Of a stretch of DNA of 64,000 nt, positions 23,091-34,040 are shown one piece after another. The notes under the pieces are model-generated. The model saw nothing but the letters and a program-made list of their open reading frames with translations. It was not told the origin of the DNA and searched no databases. Positions within the stretch are counted from its first letter, which is position 1, and every line of letters starts with the position of its first letter. The DNA comes from Raillietiella orientalis (taxonomy: Eukaryota). Where the stretch lies: assembly GCA_036172245.1 (NCBI GenBank), contig JAYWIR010000007.1, forward strand, positions 2,666,001 through 2,730,000, given 5' to 3'. Both the position numbers and the translations under genes were made by a program.

Positions 23091-26000
23091 GATCTAGATC
23101 ATCAGGGACTCCTTTCTTCCGTTGTCGCCCCGTTTCTCTCTCTCTTGCACTGCATGCTACCGGGATGCTCAAGCTTTCCACCTTCGTGGAGAATTCGCGG
23201 ATCCGTGGAGGCACGGGAGATGGGACAGTTTCCTGGTTTGCTCCTTGGAGGCTTGACCTCGCTCACCTGCGCGGACGTGGCAAAAGACGCGCGGTGGCAG
23301 CTACCGAAAATGCGGGCCGGTGTCGCCTTCTCATGCCTGGCATCGAAATCCAGCGACTTATACCCACCGCGCTTCCGTTTCCGCTCTGGTCTCGACTTTT
23401 CCGGCTCGAGACTTTTGGCGGAATTCTCGCGTGCGCTTTGAGAAACGACGCGCACCTCTCTCCATCCCTTAGGGAGAGCGGGGAAGAAGCATTGTGTTCG
23501 GCAGACGCCGGAGAGAGCTTCCAGCGATGACCGGATTGAAGGAGACAACGTTGGGATGCCACGAGTTCGTCCTCTGAGACAGCGTCCACCTTACGGCCCG
23601 ATGGTCCCCGGCCCACGGAGGAATTCCAGTTCGAAGCTTGTCTCAGTGTTGCCAGAACACCACAAACTCCACGACTGGAAACAGGAAATTCCCAATTACG
23701 CGACCCGCAAGACGCCTCTTTCAATTCGAGGGAGCTGCCGATCGAGCGGGCTAACGGAACTCCCTGGAAGCGAAGCTGCTGCTCCCGTTGCTGTCGTAGG
23801 AATGTGGCTGGTCGAATAATCTGAGCGCGCAACTTTTATATGCTCTGTTATTAGAGTCGTCAGGTCGGATGATTCATGGTGGAATCGCTGCTTCCATCCA
23901 TCCATCATCATCACCTTATTACACAAGAGGCAGGCACGAAACGACCAGGATCGGTGGTGGTAGAGGCTGCGGCGGTGGCGGTGTGGTGCCTTCCCTGGAA
24001 TTCACCGTTTGCCTCCCTCTTCGGAGGTGGACCGATGGAGTATGGATCCAATCCCGAGGAAAACGCTCCAAGGAACGGGCTCACAAAGGCGGATCGCAGA
24101 GACGAGTCGTCGCTTTCACCCTGCCACTCGAGCTCTTAGATCCTCTCCGTTTTATGGGAATGGCCTTTTTTATGATTCCCAGGCATAATTCGCTCGTCAC
24201 TCGAGACCACGATTATATGATATTGAAGATTGGATTCTGCAGCCGAAGACCCTAAAATTGCCTGGCTATCCGCACTGGAGTAAGAAGTAATAACGGATTT
24301 TTTTGCTTCTTGGCGGATTCAAATTAGACAGAGGGGCATACGTGGATTATAGCAGCAGCAGAGGCAAACCGTTCTTTTTTCCTCTCGCTCGTAACACTTT
24401 CGCTAAGACTTCAAAGAAGACGGGGAAGGGAAAGATGGAAGTTTGAGGGTCTTTCTCCTCTTCGCTTCCTCCCCCGTGCCTTCACCTTGTTTTGGAATGG
24501 CCTGAACCGGGTGCTGCTGAATGAAGTACCCGGGTTTCCAAGAAAGGAGGTAGGCGAACCCTTTTCTCTCGGGAGCGAATTTAACGAAAACCTCATCTTT
24601 CTCCCTTAACCTGCCGTGGCACGAGCAAGTCCCACCCCACGAGCGCTCTCTGGTGGCTCCAGCACGGAATGCTTCTGAGCCGAGGTCCTTGAAACTGCCA
24701 GGAAGGAGGGAAAATTTATGCATTGTGTATAACGGAGGGTTCTGTTAGGAGGGACATCCTGGTATCCAGTTTCTTCCTTAGCTGAACTTTCACTACACAT
24801 CAGGAGAACAAATCGGGTGGCCACCGGGATGCGTTTTGCAATCGAGGATGGTTCTCGTCACTCTTCGAACTCCCTGTTCAAAGTTTCCCCCTGGAAATAC
24901 ATCGGCGATGATCCCAGATCGGCGTCAGGGACAAAGCAGGTCGGCTGACTGCGTTCGCATCCCGAAACGACGTCCAAAGCCAAGGTCGTAGAGATCGCCT
25001 CAAAGACCGCCAGCCTTTTGTGATCCTCCTGCGGGGAATCCCTTGCAAAACGCTCCCTCGGACCCCGGAGATTCAACGAACGACCGCCGGGGTCGAGGGA
25101 ATGGCTATGCTGTCTGTGGTCAAGGGGCAAACGGCCGGTTCCGGACAGGCAACGAATCCCGAAAGAGCTGCGCGCGCAGGCCAACCCAGTCGTGAAACGG
25201 TTGCGAGGTCTCTTCGGAAGCCTGCGTGGGAGGGGACGTCTGCGCCCGGTAGAACCTGCGTGATCTCTCCCTACGATCCCGTCCGCCACGATCGAAGAGT
25301 GGTGCCAAGGATGAACATCTTGCAAAGAGGATTCTGCGTCTCGTCACCCGAGAAAAGGCTCCTCTCGAGTGACGAGTTTACCCTGGGAACTCCTGGCGCG
25401 AGTTGCGCGTCCTCGAGAGAGCAGGAGGCTGCGTGCTGTAGGGAAATGACGCGCAGATGCGCGACTGCTTCTCATCCCCGTTTTTCGCCGTCTCCAAGAG
25501 GATCCGGGGACTCACGGGAAGCGAGAAGAAACCACGAGTTCCACCAAGCGGGACAGCGAGAGAAAACTCCTTCGATGAGCGAGATCAAGCCGGGAGGGGG
25601 ACGAATCGGGTTTTCCCATTTGGGTCCCAGAACTGGGCAGTGGATGATTCATCAGAACATGACACCCACATCACGTTCCTGTCTAGTAGCTTTTTTTCCT
25701 TCTCCTTCCCCTCTCTTTCTCTCTCCCCAGATGCAAAGCAATGACTAATCATCCGAAACATCTTCCCTGTATCTGATCGCATTCCCATTTAATTCATGGG
25801 AACCTCGCAGACTCTGGGCTTAAGCGATCCCTTCCAAGACCTGGACTCCTCCGGATAAATTATGGAGCTTTTTAAAAAGCTCCGCCCGCGTATCGTCGCT
25901 GCTTGGACGAGCCTGTCCAGAGCGAGTGACGTCAGGAGCTCTCTCCCCGGGTTTTCACTCTCGATTCTCCGGCACTGGACGCACAAACCCGTCGGCCGAT

Positions 26001-28499
26001 CCCGAGATTCCGAGGAGCATCCTGGAAGATCACAGGTGATCGCTCCGCACTACTGAATCCGGTATTTCGAGATTTCGAAATCGCTCTCGCGCGTGAGTGG
26101 CTAAAGGTGCATAGAAGAGCGCTTTCCACCCGTTGCCATGAGACGCAGGGGGGAGGGAGGGAGGAGACATCTATGATTTGCTCTCTCTCCCTCTATTTAT
26201 CACCCTACGCCGAGTATTGAGCGCGCATATTTCTGATGCTGTATTTTTGTTGTTTTGCGTATCTTCTGGATATCTTGCAAGTGCTCTCTACTACCGTGTG
26301 AAAGTTTTCTCAGCATCTTTTCCTCTAGGGGCATCTGAGAAGAATGCAAGTAAAAAAAAAAAAAAACTACAAAAAAAAAGAAAAAGAAAAAAGCGTGACA
26401 TCGTGAAAACTTCAAGATGCAACGATCAATTCGTGAGCTGCAAGATCATAATGCAAAGTGAATGTTCTCCTCAAAGATCTCGTGACGTTTAGATCCCTTT
26501 GTTTCACAAACTTGATGAAAACAGTGCACACCGAAGAAGCATTCGAGGTCTGCGTTCTCTCAGCGTGCTGCTGCTGATGCTGGGATGACATAAGAGGACC
26601 TCTAAAGAATCCACCTCCTCCCTCGTTGCACGCCATCGCATCGTTCTCTCTCGAAACGACCGGATCTGATGCGAAAGGAAGGGTACTTTCGGGAAGCATC
26701 CCGGCTCCGGAGTCGGGTGCGCCTCCCTCCGACTGTGGCGCAGCTGGAACCTGGCCGCCCGAGCAAGACTTCCCCGTTGCTAAGGGATCGGCCATGGCTC
26801 CGCTCAGCTTCTCGCTGGGGTTTCATGCGCAAGTCTGTGGTGAGACGCGAAGCCCATTCGGCGTGCAGCGAGTCCCGAGTCCATGATCTGGAATCCGCGC
26901 GAGGAGGCAGACGAGCGAATCTCGGAATGTCCTCCCGGAGGGAATCGCCTGCTCGTTCCATTTCTCCCGCTTCCCTCGGAAATCGGAGACTCGCAGAGGA
27001 ACGGTTCCCGTTCTGGAAGAGGCGAGGCACGAGGAAAGCCGGGATACTGGAAATTTCCCGCCATTTCTTCACAGTTTTCCTGGAATCTGCTGCAGGGGTC
27101 TAGAAAGACCTAGGGAACGTTTCCTGTCCGTTCCCAGGATCTTTACCAGATGAACTGCTGCCGAGTTGGTTCCTTCCCAGTTCCTTTTAGAAAAGGAACT
27201 GGGAAGTTAGAGAAGTAGAGAAGAAGCACCTCTGGAGAGTTCGGTCCAAGTTTCTCCGCGGATTCTTTTCCTTCCAAAGAAAAAAAAAAATGGCAGCGTG
27301 GTAGCCGAGCGTCTCTGTTTGCAGAAACGGACATTCCACGTGGCTTCCAGATCCATCTGTACCCGGAGCTGCATTCCCGTCCGTAGGAAAATTTTGAATC
27401 CAGCCAGCGCGGGCACTCTTCAGTCGAGGAGGTCGTGCTTTTCCTTGTGGGCGTGTTTCCTTTCCTTTTTTTAGGCGTGGAAGAAGGGCTTTGGTAAACG
27501 AGGGCTCTTGCTCAATTCTTCTGCTGGTGACAAAAGGCCCTTTGCTCTTCTCCTTCCCCACTCCTCCCTGCAACCCTACTCGCTACTCATGTCGAGTAAA
27601 CCCCAGCAGAGGGATTCTCCTCCCTTGATCCGTTTTCCTTTAGGGAAAGCTGCAGGCTTGTCCTCGCCTTCTTCCTCCCTTCCTTTCAATCTTCTTCTTG
27701 CACACCGCCTCCAGCACGATCGTTCTTCCCAACGTCGGCTTTCTAAAGATACTTTGCTGCATTCTCGAGGTTTCTGTAGCTGCATTGATCTCCTGGTATC
27801 CGGGAATTATGCCAAGGGCGCATTCTGAGTCATCGGTAGGCATAAATGAATTTCGGGATTAGCTTCCGGTGGGATGGCCACACGTAGTGGAAATCGTGGG
27901 TGAGCATCCCGAACATACAGCACTCCCCAAGAACAAATGCTCCCCTTCCAACAAGACTGGATCCTAGAAAACTTGCAATGGCTCTTGCCAAACCCTCGAT
28001 AAAAGAGAGAGCTGAAATCCTATTGACCTGAGTCTTGGGCAGCAGTCTTGACCAGTGGACCCCCTTTGTTTGTAACGGGTGAAATCAAATGCTGCCTCAG
28101 AAGTACACTGTTGCTGCTACCTTAGGAACAGCTCATCCAAATGGATTGTTCATCGTTGATGTGAGTGAGAACGGAGCCGCTAAATCTGTCCCAGTCGGCA
28201 TTTTCCTTGCAGACATGCTTCGAAAACAGCGTCCTATGGATGAGAGCACCCCATCTCAGGATTCCGCAAGAGTCGTCGAGTCGTTTTTTGCACCTGAGAT
28301 ACGTTTAGCGGTGGTTCCGCATCTACCTCCGGAGAGCATCACGAAAAGCTGGGGAATCGACCGCCATCTTGGCATCGCGTCGATTTCCTCCGTGCTTCCG
28401 CGGCAAGAGAGGGTACAGTTTCGTTCCGGGGTTCCCGCGCAGCACGCATCTTTTCAGGGACTCTAGAAACAAATTTTCGCTGCCACCGGAACGAGGATT

Positions 28500-31100
28500 T
28501 CGAAGATCAAGAATTTTCTTGCGCAGTGTTCCTGCTGAAGCAGCCGCACTCACGTGTTGGCATATGTGATTCCGCCGCCCGCCGTCGGAAGACTTTACTG
28601 CGCACTCGTTGTATTGAGAGTTGCATGGGATGCAGAGTTTGGATGCTGACAAAGCGCTCGATTCTTCCTGTGATGTTCCAGGAACGGAGCTCAGACAGTC
28701 TTCTGGGTAGAGAGCTTGGAGCTTTATTGACTTCACTCTTCCGGCATGCTGGAATTCAGGGAGGAAGTTTGAACAACCATCGATCTGAAAGGATCTGGTA
28801 CTCTGGAAATCTGTGCTGTGATTCCCCTGGGAGCTTGCTAACTTCATCGTTAGGAGAAACAGATCAACGCTTCTTAACCGTCTTGAAGCCGCGTCTCGCG
28901 TCTTGCATCCTTCATTCGAAAGCCTTGATTTACCCACCAAGTAGCTCCTCAGATTGTTTTCGACGTAGCTATGGCACCTTGACCAGCTCCCCCACTTGAC
29001 ACGTTCTTAAACTTCCTCAGGAGCTCCTGAGGAAAACCGCCTAACTTGGTGAAAGACATTGGTCTGGGACCAAAGATGTTTTGCTTCAATTTGTGGGCTG
29101 TCGTCTGCGCCGTTTGAAGCGTCCTTCCCATAGCTCCGGCAGCCCGCCCCCTCCCCTCTTCAGATAATTCTTCCATGAGGAGCTTGGCACAAGGAGTGGA
29201 TCACACGCCATAGGGAGAGTTCGTCTGCAGATAAGTCTGGAAACATCCGTCGCAGCTCTGTGCTGCCTGCAGCCTGTCGCTTCCAGAAAACTGGAAAACG
29301 ACGGAAGATGGGGAGTCATTGCGCGCATCTCAGCCTCGTATAACCAGAGTGGTTTCAGCCTGGCTTCGTCTACCGTAAAGCGTCGTTCCTGTCTGCACGT
29401 CATTCTGCGATCCCCGGAAGAGAAAAGAATGCCATCATTTACCTTCGCGTGATTCGCTTTCCCCCATACCCATGCATTCGAAAGATAAAACTCCATGTGC
29501 CCCCATCTCCCTTTACGCTGAACCGGGAATTTTCTTCTCGAAAAGCTTATTCTCGCAAAGATGTTCTCCTTTCGCTGAGCCATGCGAGCGCCCTGAAACA
29601 CTCGGAATGGAGCAGGATAAACATGGGTAGCGCAAGCCCGTAGCTCACGAGTGTTGCTGTGCAGGCAGATCTGAAAGGTCTGTAACCAGTTCAGAAGATC
29701 ATCCATGAAGTGCGCTGGGCAGCAGCATTACCGGTTTTCAAGAATTTTTCTGACCTCTCAGCACACTTTCCTGTCTTGTAGAAAGGCTCTCCTCATTGCA
29801 TCCTTGTTAGTTTTGACTTCTCCAGGGTGAAAAGGATGCACCTCAAACTCACCTGATGATTCACTTTTCTAGACGCCCGTGTGCCGATCCAGAAATTTCA
29901 AGTTTTCTCCCTTCTTCGAAAGCCTTTGGCTTGCGTACTTTTTCGAAGCTGCTCCGGAAACCTCCTGTGTCTCTTAGTGTAGGCGCTCCCTATGGTTTCC
30001 CTTTCGCTGCTGATGTGCTTCCCTGGTTTCTGGGATTCGGCTGGGAAGCGTCGTTGACAACAGGGATACTTGAACTTCCAGCTGAGAAGCTGAAGCATTT
30101 GGAAAGCAAGGCTGATTGTTCTCATCCAACTAGACTGCGGCTTCGGGCAAAACTTTAGACAAGCAGTCGATTTCCAACAAGTCGTGGCCACGGAACCTCC
30201 TCTCTGAGGTTTTCGTCTCAGCATTGTACGCTTCTTTGAATAGACCGAGTTGACTGCAAAGAAGCCTGCCCTGCAAGTGAAAAGACACAAGTTAAACGAA
30301 GAGGTCAAGTGAGGATCGACGTTCCCGATCTCATTCAATAGGGCTTAAGGCCGGAAAATGTCTTTCCTATGAGGGAGTGTGCCCTTGGCATGCCATCAGA
30401 CACCAGTTGCCTCGAGATGTCCACTCGGACTTGTTCTTTCGTTTAGTGTCGTCGGGAGAGCACACACTTAGGAAGTGAATGGACACTAAGGCTTTGAAAG
30501 AAGTTCAGGAATGTAGCAGGACCGAAGATTCTTGCTCTGTCCTCCGTCCTATTCCCAGGAGTCCTTCGTCGCATTCCTTTTGTTCACTGAGCCAGACCTT
30601 CTTGGTCTCTCCATGCAGAAACCCTGGAAGCAAAGCGCAGCCTAGGGTCTTGGAGGAGGAATTGGTGCGTACTATAGGAGATCCCGACGTCTACAAGGAA
30701 GCGTGCATAACATAACGGTAGCAGCAGCACTCGGAGGTGTCGCTTGAATTCCCGCCTTTGAAAATTTCGAGAAAAATCGGCTGCATTTTCTGTACGAGGA
30801 ACGGTTGCCTTTCTTGGGAGGAGCCCAGAAATGACCTTATCGAAGGCGAGCACAAACCACCAGGGATGTGCCGATTACTCAATTCCAGTATTATTGCGGT
30901 CTTGTGCCGTTCCTTACGATCGGAGAAAGGGGAGGTCGATGTACAGGCAGGACTCCGCTCGTGGAGACTTGTACCATTTACCTGAAAATAGGGGCTAGGA
31001 TGTACTGGTGGCAGACAGAGGTGATACACACTGTTCCTTTGGCATGCGTTTCCTGTCACCCTATCTGTAGTTCCAAGACGGAACAGTCCCTCTCTCTGTG
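28500..31100 (-). mobile_element. Decayed APE-type non-LTR retrotransposon ORF2 (RT + RNase H; I/Nimb-like)
   Basis: Degenerate motifs in the expected order on minus across frameshifts: PIFLEIFKGG (~30770; PIxKxG), ATFLNF-KA-SV (~30500; FLDxSKAFDxV), RKPQRGGSVATTCW (~30200; GVPQGSVLSP), DDLLNW (~29700), SSGDRRMT (~29410; WGADRxTL), AATDVSR (~29250; ATGAFR), SNEGCKT (~28915; RNase H TDGSK), EDCLSSV (~28700; SDSLSAL). By-eye match only. Confidence 0.55.
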
Positions 31101-33299
31101 TGTTTATCTGCTTGGTAACGAGAGATATGGTGTGGCCACTCGTGCAAAAAGTCCAATGGATTGCTGAGAAATCAGCTCCGCCAGCATTAGTGAAAGGTAT
31201 GTGGGCTCGGAGTCAGCTGCAAATCATCTAGATGGAAACAAGAATCATTAATGGAGGGCACGAGACACCCTGAGGTCGGAGGAAGCTGCCTTTAAAAACC
31301 GATACTCCTGCAAGAGAAGTGAGAGAAGCAGGAGGTGAATACAGTGCCCTCGAGGTGCCTCATAAGATGGAGAGCCATCATAAGAACATTGAACCGATAT
31401 CTCCTAGCAGCCATCGCGTCAGCGATAGCGATGAGGCGTCAGCATGAAGGCAGATTTTCGAATCTTCACGGTGACCGTGGCTGGCTCTCGACCCGCAAGA
31501 ACTGGAAGTGCCATGTTCCTTCTGAGTGAACAGCAAGAAAACACTGAAGGAGGGCACTCGAAACACATCCAAGGGAGACTACACTCACCGTATCCAAGTC
31601 CTAAAACGGAGGTTGAGAGCAGGAGAATGGTTTTTAGGGAAGTCGGAGTTTCCAAGTGTGCATTGCTCCTGTGGGGGGAGTTGAAGGCAGCTGGACGGTG
31701 CGTCAGGTGGGCATCGAAACCAAGGAGAGGGGGAGAAGAAGGGATCATGCAGGAAGATTTCGAGATGCCTTGCCGAGGCTCTAGAGGGAAGCTGAAGATC
31801 AGCGTTTCGCCCCCAGCTGTAGCCGCAGTTGACTCTATCGAGCATGGTTCTTCCCTATCCTCCAAGAGCCCTGAAGCGCTTTGATCCTCGCTTGGAAATT
31901 CCCCAACCCCCCTTCCCTCTTCCCCGCAGGCATCAGAAGCTAACCCAAGGCTTCCCCTTCCGCCGGCTCCTCCGAAGAAGGGAGAGCGGGAAGGAGAGGG
32001 GAAAGCAAGTCGTCGCCTCTCTTTGTCGTCCCATTCTGTCGTCAGCGACTTCGCGGAAGCCGTAAAAAGATTCGCGCGTTTGGTAAATTGCTCTCCGCGA
32101 AACTCTCGGTCCGCCAATCAAAACAACCCTTAAATCATCTGAAGCTGGAAGAAAAGTTCCTCGAGCCGCTAACAACTCGCGAGTTTTGTGCGCATTCCAC
32201 CAGCAAGAGGAAAAACAATGGGAAGCTGTTAATTAAGTGTTAATGGGAATTCTCCGAGACACGCGCAAAAGAGCAAATGAACTATGCGCGGACGCTTCTG
32301 AACCCAACTCCGGACTCCAAAGGGAGAAACAAGGGAGGGAAAGGAGAGGGTTCGATTGGGAAAAATCGGGATTCCTTGGAAGAGAAGGAAAGCGAGTCCG
32401 GGCAGCAAAAGCAGTCAGGAGAGCAAAGTTCGGCCGGCGTGAGCGCCTGCTGAGACGATCGTCAAGGAAGGAACAGTGGGCGTCGTCGCGGGGGAAGGAA
32501 TGCCAGAATAAAAGACAAGAAGGAAGGGCAGCAAGAAGTACCGGTTCCCAATGTCGAGGGTTTTCCGCTCTTCGAGCACATTCGTTCCTTGAGCGAAGCG
32601 GCTGTGCGGTGCACAAGAAGTGCCGTCGTTTGGCCGCCATCTCACCCATCTGCTGCAGCCACTCGGCCGAACTGGGGAAAAGAAAACAAGGTGCTCCGAA
32701 CACCATTTTACCTTCACAAAGGCACACAAAAAAAGTCTTCCCGAAAATGAAGGAAGGAAGAGGAACAAGCCTCTCATCTTTTTGAAGTACTGAACTGTCC
32801 TCCTGCTGAAGCTGGAAGCAGTACCTGCCTTCTACTTTCAGCTACAATCTAGGAAAGCAAGCCGAAGTGAGCCATCAAAAAGAATGAGCGGAAAAAGAAG
32901 AATGTGCTGGCAGCACGTCGGGAGGAGAGAGTCTGACAGTTCTCAAATCTCAGGAAGCATCGTTCAGCCAGGCATCCTATGAACCCGTCTAAGGTCCTTC
33001 GAGTTTCTGTGATTGCCTCCATCGGAAGAGTCTCGAAGCTTTCAGAGTCGCTGGCCCAAGAGCTGTCTGACGTCAGAGTCTTTCCTACGGAAGCTTGTCC
33101 TGTCACTGACTCCACGTGGAGCCACTTGTACCCCACGAAGAGCCCTTACCTTGCGGGGCACTGAGCCTAGCCGCTGAGACGCTGAAAACGCGTATCATGG
33201 CGTGTCACCAGCTGCCATTTGAAAAAGCGTTGCTAGGCGGTTTGCAGCTAGATGTGCCACATGCGGAACAGGTGCTATGGTTCCCAAGCCATCGACGCG

Positions 33300-34040
33300 T
33301 GAGACACGGTAATCTAATAAAAGTGATGGGGTGGCGAGGAACGAGAATAGTGGGACGTGGAAACGCGCGAAAGATTAGCAGCAGGCATTTGCGGGTTTCC
33401 AAGGAAGGCGAGGTTCTTTACAGTTCCATTTCTCTTAGGAAACCAATCCAGCTCGGCTTCTCGGTAGAAAGCGGCTTTCTTCAGCAGAAGATAATCTGAA
33501 AGTCGCAGGCGCGAAGAACATTCCTCTTCCTGCTTAATTAGTCGAGGCACTCAGACTAGCTCTTTCGCCAGAAAAGAGAGAAGCCTTCTCCATGGAAAAA
33601 CTCGGAGATTCGTGCTCGAACTTGATTCGCTAAAGGATGGATTTTCGTTTCCTTGTGATTCATCTACTTGTTCCTCAGCACCTCATCGCCAAATGGGGTA
33701 TTGTGAAGGGCTGATTTTAACGAACATTTGTGCTCTGCTCGGGTTCCTGAAGTTCCTCAAGTTCGTGCACATGCATTGGGGAACACTAAGCTTTCCTTAA
33801 AGTTTTCCTTAAACTTTGGCAGAAATGTTTCTCCCCAAGCCATCCTCGAAAGCTTGAGATGGTAAAGATGCAAAGAAGCGGCATTTCGGCAATCGTCGTG
33901 GAATGCCATGGAAACGCAGTTTCATGCATCCCACGACATCCCATTTCCTCGAGGGGCATTCACGAAAACATGGCATTACTGCGATCGGCGGAAACGGCGC
34001 CATACTGGCGTTAAGGGATGAGTAGGCCCTTGAGATCACC
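33300..34040 (-). mobile_element. Decayed AP-endonuclease-like domain, possibly the 5' part of the same LINE ORF2
   Basis: Minus-strand SSLNA...KWDVVGCMK (cf. WNxxG...DxxCLQE), a PIW/QG-like segment near 33690 and LSDY (cf. SDH) near 33500. AT-richer composition; same strand and correct order relative to the RT fragment. Confidence 0.35.

Noticed and set aside
24600..24640. Minus-strand TCSCHGR resembling Wnt CKCHG (possible Wnt6 relic)
   Set aside because: No following SGSC/TCW, no downstream Cys pattern and no suitable acceptor; consistent with chance.
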